IMG/VR virus record: IMGVR_UViG_3300023070_000002
Coordinates: 8,465-72,464 of that record
Origin: a virus
Lineage: Duplodnaviria; Caudoviricetes
Reading direction: 5' to 3' (one strand)
Length of the DNA: 64,000 nt
Part shown: positions 9,376 through 19,771 of the stretch, one piece after another
Layout of the letters: each line of letters opens with the position of its first letter
Numbering within the stretch: position 1 is the first letter of the stretch
Program-made: the position numbers and the translations under genes
The notes under the pieces: generated by a model
What the model saw: the letters and a program-made list of their open reading frames with translations, nothing else
Told to the model about the DNA's origin: nothing
Database searches by the model: none

Positions 9376-11900
9376 AAACCGTATTGCTGAGGGTAGTAAC
9401 ATTTTCCTGACACGAAAACATTCAGGTTTAAATAAAAGGTTGCGGTACTGGTTGTGCCGAAGGTGTGTCTGGTTGTCCACGTGTTGCCATCTGGTGATGT
9501 TTGGATTGTAAATAAATTACCCGTCCTGTTTAACATTACATAATCACCAACTGAAAGAATATATCCTGTGGGAGCCGGTGTGCCGTTAGTAACTGAATAT
9601 ACATCACCACCCGGATCGAGGTACATGCCATATTCATAATGTGTATAATCCTCATTTACGTTCGAGGAATTAAACCCTATTATTATACTTTCACCGTCAC
9701 TTGCCTGATATTTTATACGGTAACTTCCATCGCCTGTGAGTGTCTTTGAATCAAGCCCGTATTGATCCCAAAGTGTCCCTCCTACAGGAGTCCAGACATT
9801 TGAGGTTACGGCTATATTATATCGGGTTGTAAATGTTAAATCCTTCCAGCCTGTGTTTTGGCCGGTTATTCTGTAGTTACTTCTATAATTATATGCCTTG
9901 ATTGTTATCCTGTCCAGGGTATCAAATGCAGGCCATATCTGAACGCGGCCAATTGTTGTGTCAACCCTTATTCCATAGGTCGTGTCCGGTTGCATCAATA
10001 ACCCGTTTCGATAAAGTTCTATGTGCTTCCCTATAAAACCAGTATTTGTAATTGTTGAATCCCCTATTTCAGGGTAAGATGGCTGCCCAACTATAAAATT
10101 CATCGTTCCCGTACTGTCAGTTCTGCTTGGAGTTGTAAGAATAAAATTATTACCGGATACCCACGTTACTACCTGACCTGTAACACCCCCTGTCGTATTA
10201 ATGTTGCCAGCCTGTCTCCTTCCGACATTACCATGTATTGGATCCCATACTAATGCGCTGTCGGTAACTGCACCGGCTTGAACACTATCAATAATAAATC
10301 TGCCCAAGTGTGGTCTGGCTATAATTGAATCCGGATACACATAAAAGTCGGAAGCTGCGCCTGTTTTGAATGTTTGGAAACTATTGTAAGCCCCGATAGA
10401 TTGAATATCCGATATGTTGTCGCCAACCGTAGTTCTGAACAGCATTCCGCTTGATGCGGCAATATTAAATTCTCCATTATTATCAAATGTCAGATCATTG
10501 CCATCGCCGTCTACTGTTCTGTTCCCTGTTAATGTTCCGTCTGTATTATAGATGTTGGCAATCCCACTTTTCAATGTTTTAACCAATCTGCCAGATGGAG
10601 TAATTCCTACCATATAGGTGGTTGTATCGGTAAGCGACAGGTTTTTTGCTCGTATATCTCCTGCTGTATTGTTTAACAATAAAGAGTCGTACAAACTTAA
10701 CGAAGACATTGCACCTGAAGTTATTGAACCCCGTAAAAGCATATTATCCCCGGCATCATGCTGTACCTGTCCTGATACTGAAGATGTCCATTGCCCAACA
10801 TCGGTAATATCGAAATCGAACCCGCCGCCGTTAACTGACCTATTAGCTGTAAATATGCCATTACTATTGTATATGTTAGGCAATCCGCTCTTTAGTGTTT
10901 TTACCAACTTCCCATCTACACTAATACCTGTTATGTATTGTGTTGTATCGGATATTGGCAAAGTATTTATTCTTAAATCAGGTGTATTAAGATTAATCCG
11001 GTCAGCAGTAACACTAAATTGTCCAACATCGGAAAAGTTTATGTCGTTTCCCCCGGCATTAATATCAGTAGCATCAAGCAATGTCCCGCCCCATTGAATA
11101 TTGTTTCCTGTCTTTGTTAGACCATTATCGGCGGTTATTCCCCCTCCGATCAAAGAATCGACTACAAACCGTCTTGTTACTAAAGAATTGGGGGTAAATA
11201 ATGATCCGGGATATATAATCCGTCTTGTTGTTGATGTGGAATCGGCGGTTATAAAAAGAGTATTATTATTATTATTAAACCGGATTGGTGATGCAAAAAC
11301 ATCAAATTTTGCCAAGTCAGTAAATGTTAACCCGTATGTCTCATCCCCGGTCAGCGTCCTTTCGCTTGTTAAGGTTAAGTTGCTATTACCTATATTAGCT
11401 AAATCTTGTTTCAATGCAATAGTGCCTGAACTATCGGGTAAATTCCAACGTCTTGTTCCCGATAATGGATTAGGAGTAAGGTAGGCAGGAATTGTAGATT
11501 GTACAAATGTTAAGGTATCTGGCCTCATTTGCAACTCATCGCTCCCTTTATATACCAGTATCATATTATTGGTAGTATTGCCAATATCAGTCACCTGTTG
11601 CAGGTTTTGTGATCCACCACCACCAGAGCCGCTTCCAAGCTTAATCCACTTGTTTGCATTTATTGACCTGATCCAAATGGAAGTGTCGCCGCTGGTAAAT
11701 ATTTGTGCTCCCGGGTATTGCCTTATTCTTTCGAGGTTGGCCGCTGTGGTATCTGCATAAACATAATTAATGATACGCCCCTTTAAACCACCCCTGCTCG
11801 TAACTAATGTTGAGTCTGCGCCTAATGATTGACTTATTGGGTATTGACCCGATGCGTTTAAAAATATGAAAAACAATACAAAAGATAAAACCAGCTTCAT
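9372..11900 (-). CDS. tail fibre/receptor-binding-like protein with signal peptide
   Basis: Last large gene of the tail module; T/G/N-rich beta repeats (NIYNTDGTLTGNRTV); start MKLVLSF..NASG|Q. Confidence 0.65.
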   Translation of the reverse strand: MKLVLSFVLFFIFLNASGQYPISQSLGADSTLVTSRGGLKGRIINYVYADTTAANLERIRQYPGAQIFTSGDTSIWIRSINANKWIKLGSGSGGGGSQNLQQVTDIGNTTNNMILVYKGSDELQMRPDTLTFVQSTIPAYLTPNPLSGTRRWNLPDSSGTIALKQDLANIGNSNLTLTSERTLTGDETYGLTFTDLAKFDVFASPIRFNNNNNTLFITADSTSTTRRIIYPGSLFTPNSLVTRRFVVDSLIGGGITADNGLTKTGNNIQWGGTLLDATDINAGGNDINFSDVGQFSVTADRINLNTPDLRINTLPISDTTQYITGISVDGKLVKTLKSGLPNIYNSNGIFTANRSVNGGGFDFDITDVGQWTSSVSGQVQHDAGDNMLLRGSITSGAMSSLSLYDSLLLNNTAGDIRAKNLSLTDTTTYMVGITPSGRLVKTLKSGIANIYNTDGTLTGNRTVDGDGNDLTFDNNGEFNIAASSGMLFRTTVGDNISDIQSIGAYNSFQTFKTGAASDFYVYPDSIIARPHLGRFIIDSVQAGAVTDSALVWDPIHGNVGRRQAGNINTTGGVTGQVVTWVSGNNFILTTPSRTDSTGTMNFIVGQPSYPEIGDSTITNTGFIGKHIELYRNGLLMQPDTTYGIRVDTTIGRVQIWPAFDTLDRITIKAYNYRSNYRITGQNTGWKDLTFTTRYNIAVTSNVWTPVGGTLWDQYGLDSKTLTGDGSYRIKYQASDGESIIIGFNSSNVNEDYTHYEYGMYLDPGGDVYSVTNGTPAPTGYILSVGDYVMLNRTGNLFTIQTSPDGNTWTTRHTFGTTSTATFYLNLNVFVSGKCYYPQQYGL

Positions 11901-11902
11901 AA

Positions 11903-12151
11903 TTAACAACAATTTGATTTAGTATATAAAATAATTAATTTATTATTTGTAACCCATGTACCTATTTGAATGGTTATTGTTCCTGTTGTACTGTCAAATA
12001 CGTAATCCGGGGAAGGCTCCAAGTCGTTTTGCGGTACGTTGTCGATGATTATTAAATGCACAATTGCATTACGTATAATCTCACTGGTAAAATAATTAGT
12101 CCCTAATAATGGTCCTCCGGGGAAACCCGCCACAACTTTAAGCGAAGTCAT
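11903..12151 (-). CDS. small tail-associated protein
   Basis: 82 aa; shares motif pattern with neighbours; no signal peptide. Confidence 0.55.
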   Translation of the reverse strand: MTSLKVVAGFPGGPLLGTNYFTSEIIRNAIVHLIIIDNVPQNDLEPSPDYVFDSTTGTITIQIGTWVTNNKLIILYTKSNCC

Positions 12152-12193
12152 TAATGTCGAATTTTATTTGTTTAAAATGGTTAAAAAGTTTCT

Positions 12194-12763
12194 TTATAAT
12201 TGAGGATATATTTGGAATATTTCGCCTACTTGTGCCGGGCTTTCCGGGTACGTAGGGCTGTTTACATCATCTGACAAGAACGACATAATCCCATTTACTT
12301 TGTCCCAAGAATAATACGATGCGCCGTTTGGTACTACTGACTGAGTTATTCCATTTCTTACAAACAAAACATTATACCCTATAAACAATGGTATGTGTAC
12401 GTCAGGAGACCCATCGCTAACAAATGAACTACTACTAACAATAAAATCGTAAGGGGCTGGATAACCACCCGGATTTATTGGGGTAACTGTTCCGCCACCT
12501 GCTTGTCCAGAAATCGCTTGCGCCTCCTGCCCCCACATGTTCGTTAGCCAAATGAGATAATTTGCCGTTGCTCGTAATGATTCATTAGTTTGTGCGCCCC
12601 CGTCATATCCAAACCTCAAAGCATCCGTAACCATAGCTATTGTAACGGCAGATACCGGCGCTTTCGTCCCCCCAAATAAAGTACCACGACTATTATAATT
12701 AGCCGCCAAATACGTACTTATGTCGCCGCGTATTGTTGTTTCTGGTACTGTTGGATATGCCAT
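12194..12763 (-). CDS. tail hub/fibre-attachment-like protein
   Basis: Start reassigned to MAYPTV (1 nt after upstream stop); C-terminal domain similar to a domain in 9372..11900. Confidence 0.55.
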   Translation of the reverse strand: MAYPTVPETTIRGDISTYLAANYNSRGTLFGGTKAPVSAVTIAMVTDALRFGYDGGAQTNESLRATANYLIWLTNMWGQEAQAISGQAGGGTVTPINPGGYPAPYDFIVSSSSFVSDGSPDVHIPLFIGYNVLFVRNGITQSVVPNGASYYSWDKVNGIMSFLSDDVNSPTYPESPAQVGEIFQIYPQL

Positions 12764-12764
12764 T

Positions 12765-13274
12765 TTAGAAAAATACATTTTGGTTTTGCTGCATCCATAT
12801 TTCACGATCAAAACAGGCTTGTGCCGCAGATAAATCGCTACCGTATGTTATCGCATTGATACCGGCAATTAAGTTTGTCCAAAATATCGCCAGATTGCCC
12901 GAATAATTTGTGTCTTGATAAATTCCGGGAGTTAGCCCCTGCAACCCTATGAGATAGTAAAAAAACTGCATCCCAAATTGACACAGTGCAAAAGTGTTCT
13001 CCACTTCATCAACCACTACATTAGTTACCGTCAGCCATTGAACTTTAATGAGTGCCGCCGTGTCGTTTACTAAAATATCCAACGTAATTGAGGATTGAGC
13101 AAGCGGCCATTCTGTGTAGTTTACCGTCCCGTCCCCGGTCAAGTATGTGCCATCGCTTTGGGAAACAAAGACGCGCCGTTGAGTGATTGTCCCGCTTAAC
13201 CCGGTCGAATCATCCGTAATGGTGACATTAGCCGGAGTACTTGCGCTTTGACTAACTTGGAAGGATGCGGGCAT
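12765..13274 (-). CDS. tail hub-like structural protein
   Basis: Beta-rich N-terminus (VTITDDSTG); position after ejection genes. Confidence 0.5.
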   Translation of the reverse strand: MPASFQVSQSASTPANVTITDDSTGLSGTITQRRVFVSQSDGTYLTGDGTVNYTEWPLAQSSITLDILVNDTAALIKVQWLTVTNVVVDEVENTFALCQFGMQFFYYLIGLQGLTPGIYQDTNYSGNLAIFWTNLIAGINAITYGSDLSAAQACFDREIWMQQNQNVFF

Positions 13275-13349
13275 TTTTTAAGGTTTATCGAAATTAAGTT
13301 AATTACCTTGAAAATTCTTTATCAAATGAGGTTATTTTTTTACAAACTT

Positions 13350-16300
13350 TTATTCTTCCATACCAAAAAGTTCTTTTTTGGCTTCCCGTCTGGCTTGTTG
13401 CTTTACCTCTTTTTCAAAGTCCTCACGTTGTTTTTTGTCCAGTTTTTTAACTAAAATAGTGTCCCATGTGCCTGCCTCTGCATCGCTTGTAGTCCCTTTG
13501 GAGAGGTGTATTTCCCCACTAGCGTCTACATATATAAAATCATTTTTGTATAGATTAAGCAAGTCTTCCATCTTTTTTTCGCTCAACTTTATAAACTCCT
13601 CATTTTCTTTTTTTGTAGCTTGCCTTTTTTTGAATGTTACCGGGTCTTTTATGTCAAATGTCTTTGCCTCTTTAGCCGCATAGGTTTGTGTGCCTACACC
13701 AAACGCATTAGGCACTGTAACAGTAAATAGAGATTTCCAGCCCTGATCTTTTATTGACTCATCCATGCCTGAGAATGTCAGTGGAGTAAGGTGTTGCAAC
13801 AAATATTTCCCCATACCAACCTCCCCGTCATCACCCTTCCATTTTGTGGTTAGTTTATCGCCTGTTGTTGTTTTGCCATCCAAAATATCCCACATTACTG
13901 AAGCTACGGGAGCTGACTTGCCGCGTAAAAAGCTACTAAGCGCCGTAAGCCTTGTGCCTGCAAATGGGGTTTTACCATCCATATTAATTATAGCCCCACT
14001 GGTGGAAGACTTCTTTTGCCCCGTAATTAACATAGCTGCCAGCCTTATGTACTGCTGATGCCCACCCCAAATATCCCACCGGGTATTCCCTGACTTTATT
14101 TTACCAAAATCCGGGCTTCGCGGATCGTCTTCAGTTTCGGCACCTCCCGCTTTTGCTAAGGCAAGGATGGTCAGCCCTACACCAGCCGTAGCTAATAAAC
14201 TTTTAAAATAATCTAACCTTACTTCTTTTGGAAGGCTTTTGTAAAACCTTGGTTGCGCCAGATAGGTTAATGTATTGATCCTAGAAGCCATTAGTCTGGG
14301 AGAAAAGAACAGCCCACTAAGCAACGGGGTTGCCTGATTCATTGTTTCTCCCAAATCTCCACGACCAGTTATATTGTTTATGTAAGATGCAAGCTCTTTA
14401 TATTCCGTTTTGCTATTTTCAAAATTTCTACCGTCTTTTTGCATTAAGGCAGTAAAGTTATTAAACAAGTCTGCCCTCATTTTATTCAGGAACATGGAAT
14501 ACGCCCTTTCGCTACCTTTAATCAGTCGCCCCAATAATGGTATTCTTTGCGGCAGGTTGCTCATATACGCTTCTTCTTTCTGGCTTAAATGGGGGTTGTC
14601 TTTGTCAGTTATGGCAAGTCCAGACTCTTTCATCAATTCATAATTAGGGCTTTCCTTCAGGTTTTCAAACCACCTGTTATAAGCCTTTTCGCTAAAAGAA
14701 GCCTGAAACATTTTTCCAAATGCTTTCGTTCCAATTATGGGATGCCCCAATACTGCAAACAACCCTTGTCTTAAGGGCGCTGAATAGTCAACAGAAGCCA
14801 TTAGGGTACGAGGTATGTTTAGGATATTGGCGGCTTCGTTTTGTGCCTTATTTATGGCTGAAGAATTTTTGTACTCTTCCTGAAGTATTCTTTTCTCCCG
14901 CTCATTTTTTAATGCAATAAGTTTGTCTTGCAACGCTCTCGCTTCTTTGTCAAGAACAACCGGCTTTGGCGGTTCTTTTTCAAAATCCCCTGACTTTAAT
15001 TGTTCTTCAAGTTTTTCAATCTGGGATTTCACCTGCTTTTTATAATCTGCCAGTTTTGACAAGTCGTGCTCTTTGACCTGCTTTTTTAGCGCCTCAATGT
15101 CCTGATTACGTTTTATTTTTTCCTTCTCTGAAGATGGCTCTTTCCCGGCATTAAGTTCTTCTAGTTTGTTAATCAGTTTAGCTTCTGTTCTTAAATCCCG
15201 CAATTTGGCAGCCAACTCATTTCGTGTCTTCTTCTTTTCATTGTATTCCCCTGCAATAATATCCAGCACATCTTTTTCAGTAATGTCCTTTATTTCTTCT
15301 TTTAAAACACCGTGAACTTCTTTTACAATGTCTGACAATTTAGTTACACCTTCTTCAACTAGGTTTTTTACAAGTTTAGCTACGTCCGGAGCAATCGCAA
15401 ACAGTTCTTTTGCATAGGGAATAACTGTTACCTGCGTATCTTTTCTGGCTTTTGCTAATTTTTCCTTTATAGAAGACAGTATTTCTTTCCTTTCTGAAAC
15501 GAAATCGCTGTGCGTCTTCCTAGACCTTTTGGGCGCATCTTTTTTTATGGTTGCTTCGGCCTTTAATCTGGCATTTTCTGCCTCCAGCTTAGCAATTTTA
15601 GCGTCATATTTTTCTTGCGCTTCACTAATATTTTCATATTCCTTCTTGACTGTTTCTTTCTGGTTTTCTGTAAGCGGTGCGTCTTTGTTGGCCTCTATTT
15701 CTCTGAGCAAGTAATCAGCCAGTGTTTCTTCTACTGGCAATAACCCTTTTCTGGCTACCAGACTTTTACCAATCGCCCTTCCGGCTATATCACTTATACT
15801 TCTGGCTCGTTTAAATTCACTTAACAACTCATCGGTTGGGTTCTTATTGATTTTTGCTTTAAGGTTAGCTATATACCTTAACATCATCCGCTGATCTATC
15901 GGGTCATCAGTCTTGCCCTCGCGTAACCGGTTCAACATTTTTGCTACTGCGTTCGGGTCTTTTGCGAGTCTTTCATTTACTTGCTCATCCCACCCCTTAA
16001 CCGTTTCAGGGTCTTTTTCGTAATCTGGCAACCCTAATTCTTTAGCTGTTTTATTCATTTCAGCATGGGTAATACCTATTAGTTCACTTCCTTCAGTTAA
16101 GGGTTTTGTTTCTCCGGGCGCTGCTGTTGGCGGTTCTTTTGCACCTCCTTCTGTTGCTGCTTCGCTATTTTTATCAGGTTCTGAAGTTGAAGGGCTGACT
16201 TCTTCTGCGGGGATTGGTTCATTGTTTTTAACTGGCTCTTGGATATTTTCATTCTTTGATTGATCTTTTACTGAATTATTTTTCCATAAATTATCCCCCT

Positions 16301-19300
16301 CCAGCGTTGTAGTGTCTGTTTTTTTAACCTTGCCTACATTCTTATCCACGTAATCGTAGATGGCTTTTGCGAGTCCGATATTTTTGGTTTTTGATTTTAC
16401 ATCAGATCCTAATGCAATTGAATACGAATTGTCGCCGTTGTTTTCAAAAGTAGCAGATGAAACAACATCTCCATCCCCTGATTTAACTTCAACTACTACT
16501 TGTCCGTTTTCTCCCTTTGAACTTGATATGTAATATTGATCCCCGTTTTTGGCTATAAATGATTCCCCGTTTTCTGAACCATTAAACTCAGTACCCCTGT
16601 TATTCCAAACTTCCCCTTTTTTATTTTTCTCTTTCTTCCAGTCGTTCCAACTTGGTACTTGGGCTTCTGTCTTTCCTTGTGAAGGTTCATTCCCATTATC
16701 CAGTTCTCTTTGTTGGTCTATGGTTGGTATGTTTACCTCAAACTCAGGTTGCGATTGTTCAGGTGGTTTATACCCTTCAGGTAATTCCGGGTCAAGTTCT
16801 ATTGGTTCAGATATTTTTTCTTTCCCCTCAGTCGCTTTATCAATTTCCTTTTCCCACCTTTTATTTGCTACCTCTATCAATGTTTGCGGATACGCTTCCC
16901 GTGCTGCTTTACTTGAATTTCCTGCTGTGTTTTCTTTCCATTCCGAATCCAGATTATTTGCTCTTTGAGCAACTTCTTTTATAAATTCTCCTACTTTGGT
17001 TGGGTCAAACTTGTTTGTTGGCCTTCCGCTTTCATCTCTTACAGATAAAAGTTCCATACTTGACTTACCTAATAAGTCATTATCATAAAGTTCTTCAATA
17101 AAATTAGTATTAGACATGTCCGGGTTTAACGCCATCTCTTTTTCAATTTCAATCACTCTTAAATCCCTTTCTTCTTTACGTACTAATGACTGATCAGGGC
17201 TGTTTTTAAGCCTGTCTTTTAAAGCCTTTTCCCGTAATGATAAGACCATAAATTTACCGGCTGCTTCCGCGGGGACTCCCTTTGTCTCTAAGACTTCATT
17301 CAGGGATTCCAAGTGTTCAATATTGGCTAGTTTTTCTTTAGCAGATTGTGGATTAGTTAAGGCTTCCTGATTAACAAGTTCCCTGTACTTATCCCCGTTA
17401 TTAGCTATTTCAAGATAGGTACGTCCTAAATTCTCCTTGGACACCGGCAATTTACCAACTGCACCAGCTAAAGATAAAAATGTGGGCGTAAGAAAGTTTG
17501 TTTTATAATTTGTGATCGCGTCAGTAACCTCATCGGCAATATTAAATTTTCTTTGCCCGAATGCGGCGTCGAGTGCATTATGTGCAGTAGTAAACGCTGT
17601 TAGTACGCCCCCGGTCTTGGCGTTTTCTTTAACCGTATTGCTGAGCAAGGAAAATAACTTATCTCCCAAGTTGCTTTTTGCAGTGGCTTCAGTTATTTTT
17701 TTATTTGCCAAGTCGTCGATAGTTGAGACAATTTCTTCGGAAAACAATTTTTTGATGCCTTCCGCCGCCTTTTTAGTTGGCAATGCCTCCCCTAATGTCA
17801 TATCAATTCCGGTTGATAATAGCGTGTACAGGTTTTGCTTGCCTATGTCGTTGGGGAACTCCTTTCTTGCTTTGTCTGCATTTTGACCCTCAAACATCAG
17901 AGCCATAGTTACCGCTTGCGGGATTCTTAACTCTCCGCCCAATATCATCGGAACTGTAAAACCAGCAAATTGACCGCCCTGCTGAATAGTTTTCCTGAAG
18001 CCCGTACTTGGAATTACGCTTGGCATATTAGCTTCTTCTTCTTCCAGTCTTTTTGACCGGTCTTCATTTGTTTCCATTAAGCCTAAGTTCTGGAACAAAC
18101 TATTCCCTTTAGGGTCTAAAAAACCGCCCCCAACTGTTTTGTTTAAAATGTCGCGTGCAGAAGACGCCACGTCATTAACCCCTTTATAGATACCATATCC
18201 TGCATTATGAACAAGATCGGTTAATGGTATTACTGCATCAGAAGCGCCCATAACTGCATAGGGTCGTATCTTCTCATTGTATACGTCATATTCTTGTTGA
18301 GTCCAGTCGCCATTATCCAAGAGCATTTTAGCTGCCTTATCTGTCTTTTTTACGGAAGGATTAGCATACAGCCAGCCAGTCATTTTCTCATCCTCTAGTT
18401 TCTGCGCTAATTGTGAGGCTATTTTCTTTTGGGCATACGCCGGGAACTGGTTATACAGGTTGAATTTTTCGTCCCTGTATTGCCGGGCAAACTCAGGATC
18501 GGTTTCAGCCAGTTTAATGACGGTTGGATTATTTAAGAACTCATCCACCCGTAACCCGGCCATTGCTTGCGGCATTTCTTCAAGCCTTTTCCCGTTATAT
18601 CTTGATGCCATTTCAGGTATAGAGCCGCCCTTTTGAATAGCATCCTCTAACGCTCTCATACGTTTCATGGTATTGAACGCAGAGACCTCGGTTACATTAT
18701 TTTTATCTATATGTTTGGCTATTTCGTCTGCGTCAAACTCTTGGATAGGCGTTTGAGATGCACTTAATTTCTGTTCTGAAGCGATCTGTTCTGATAGTCC
18801 GGGGATAACCCCGGTTGACTTAGGGGATAACATGGCGCCCTTTTTTGCTAGGCGTTCCTGAAGATATTGTTCGGCAGCGTCCTTGTTGTCGCCAAACGCA
18901 TTTTTAATGGTATTAGAATTTTCCTGAAGTGCTTTAGACACTTTGAATGTATCGAATGCTGTTACCCCGGTTGGCTTACCTGATGTAACGTCTGGGTAAA
19001 TATATTGTGCAGCCTGCCTTTTTTCTGCATTTAATGCAGTCCCTAATGGGTCATCATTATCTGGAATGATTATTTTTTTACCACTTATCCATTCGTCAAA
19101 GTCTTGCTGGTTTTTGTTTTGGGAGCCGGGACTCTTCTTATCAGCATATTGCCTTTCCTGGTCTTTATGTAATTGCTGGGCATAGGCAGTCGCGGCTTCC
19201 GGTGTTTTAAATATCCCAAGATGCCTGCCAGTTTTTCTGTAATTGGCAATAGCTTCTTTTTCGGACATTATTCTGCCGTCATCCGAAACCGTTGGTATAA

Positions 19301-19769
19301 GCACCTCCCCCTTATCAGTGCCTATTGAAATACTCCTTACTGTGGAAATTGATCCGTCCTGATTTTTAACTACAGGGCGCTTGTTAAGGTCAATATTCCC
19401 TTCCTGAATTAAGTCGCTGCTACCAGCGTCCATCGTAACAGTAGGTATTCCACCCGAAGTTTTCCCGGTTGGCGTTAATCCTGTAGCCCCGTTGTCCTTT
19501 GGTTGTTCTGGAAGTTGCCTGGTTTTGTATTCTCTTTCCCACCAAGGTTTAGAGGTCATTTTTGCGCTTTGCGACTGGCCATCGGACGTACCAACTGTCC
19601 CACCACTTTTTGAAACGGAAGAAAAAAGATTTGATAAAAATCCAGACTGTTCTTTTTTTTTTGGAATTGGCAATCCTTCGTCATCAAATTCAACATCTGA
19701 CTTAACTCCCTTAGGGATTGGAAGTCCGTCGTTATCAAACCTTACCTGATCTAAAGTACCTTTTCCCAT
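13350..19769 (-). CDS. large internal virion/ejection (polyvalent-type) protein
   Basis: 2139 aa, K/E-rich helical; follows muzzle and pilot genes; embedded GNAT-like segment. Confidence 0.7.
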   Translation of the reverse strand: MGKGTLDQVRFDNDGLPIPKGVKSDVEFDDEGLPIPKKKEQSGFLSNLFSSVSKSGGTVGTSDGQSQSAKMTSKPWWEREYKTRQLPEQPKDNGATGLTPTGKTSGGIPTVTMDAGSSDLIQEGNIDLNKRPVVKNQDGSISTVRSISIGTDKGEVLIPTVSDDGRIMSEKEAIANYRKTGRHLGIFKTPEAATAYAQQLHKDQERQYADKKSPGSQNKNQQDFDEWISGKKIIIPDNDDPLGTALNAEKRQAAQYIYPDVTSGKPTGVTAFDTFKVSKALQENSNTIKNAFGDNKDAAEQYLQERLAKKGAMLSPKSTGVIPGLSEQIASEQKLSASQTPIQEFDADEIAKHIDKNNVTEVSAFNTMKRMRALEDAIQKGGSIPEMASRYNGKRLEEMPQAMAGLRVDEFLNNPTVIKLAETDPEFARQYRDEKFNLYNQFPAYAQKKIASQLAQKLEDEKMTGWLYANPSVKKTDKAAKMLLDNGDWTQQEYDVYNEKIRPYAVMGASDAVIPLTDLVHNAGYGIYKGVNDVASSARDILNKTVGGGFLDPKGNSLFQNLGLMETNEDRSKRLEEEEANMPSVIPSTGFRKTIQQGGQFAGFTVPMILGGELRIPQAVTMALMFEGQNADKARKEFPNDIGKQNLYTLLSTGIDMTLGEALPTKKAAEGIKKLFSEEIVSTIDDLANKKITEATAKSNLGDKLFSLLSNTVKENAKTGGVLTAFTTAHNALDAAFGQRKFNIADEVTDAITNYKTNFLTPTFLSLAGAVGKLPVSKENLGRTYLEIANNGDKYRELVNQEALTNPQSAKEKLANIEHLESLNEVLETKGVPAEAAGKFMVLSLREKALKDRLKNSPDQSLVRKEERDLRVIEIEKEMALNPDMSNTNFIEELYDNDLLGKSSMELLSVRDESGRPTNKFDPTKVGEFIKEVAQRANNLDSEWKENTAGNSSKAAREAYPQTLIEVANKRWEKEIDKATEGKEKISEPIELDPELPEGYKPPEQSQPEFEVNIPTIDQQRELDNGNEPSQGKTEAQVPSWNDWKKEKNKKGEVWNNRGTEFNGSENGESFIAKNGDQYYISSSKGENGQVVVEVKSGDGDVVSSATFENNGDNSYSIALGSDVKSKTKNIGLAKAIYDYVDKNVGKVKKTDTTTLEGDNLWKNNSVKDQSKNENIQEPVKNNEPIPAEEVSPSTSEPDKNSEAATEGGAKEPPTAAPGETKPLTEGSELIGITHAEMNKTAKELGLPDYEKDPETVKGWDEQVNERLAKDPNAVAKMLNRLREGKTDDPIDQRMMLRYIANLKAKINKNPTDELLSEFKRARSISDIAGRAIGKSLVARKGLLPVEETLADYLLREIEANKDAPLTENQKETVKKEYENISEAQEKYDAKIAKLEAENARLKAEATIKKDAPKRSRKTHSDFVSERKEILSSIKEKLAKARKDTQVTVIPYAKELFAIAPDVAKLVKNLVEEGVTKLSDIVKEVHGVLKEEIKDITEKDVLDIIAGEYNEKKKTRNELAAKLRDLRTEAKLINKLEELNAGKEPSSEKEKIKRNQDIEALKKQVKEHDLSKLADYKKQVKSQIEKLEEQLKSGDFEKEPPKPVVLDKEARALQDKLIALKNEREKRILQEEYKNSSAINKAQNEAANILNIPRTLMASVDYSAPLRQGLFAVLGHPIIGTKAFGKMFQASFSEKAYNRWFENLKESPNYELMKESGLAITDKDNPHLSQKEEAYMSNLPQRIPLLGRLIKGSERAYSMFLNKMRADLFNNFTALMQKDGRNFENSKTEYKELASYINNITGRGDLGETMNQATPLLSGLFFSPRLMASRINTLTYLAQPRFYKSLPKEVRLDYFKSLLATAGVGLTILALAKAGGAETEDDPRSPDFGKIKSGNTRWDIWGGHQQYIRLAAMLITGQKKSSTSGAIINMDGKTPFAGTRLTALSSFLRGKSAPVASVMWDILDGKTTTGDKLTTKWKGDDGEVGMGKYLLQHLTPLTFSGMDESIKDQGWKSLFTVTVPNAFGVGTQTYAAKEAKTFDIKDPVTFKKRQATKKENEEFIKLSEKKMEDLLNLYKNDFIYVDASGEIHLSKGTTSDAEAGTWDTILVKKLDKKQREDFEKEVKQQARREAKKELFGMEE

Positions 19770-19771
19770 AG

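Noticed and set aside
9376-9480. N-terminal extension of the SGNH ORF in the track
   Set aside because: Overlaps the fibre gene; the internal ATG at 9375 gives an ATGA overlap and a clean signal peptide
10460-10950. DGR template/variable repeat
   Set aside because: No reverse transcriptase in the window; the copies are in-frame protein repeats diverged at all base types, not adenine-specific
13350-19769. crAss-type virion RNA polymerase
   Set aside because: No DxDxD-type catalytic motif found on reading, and the protein is mostly helical and low-complexity; profile search needed to exclude fully
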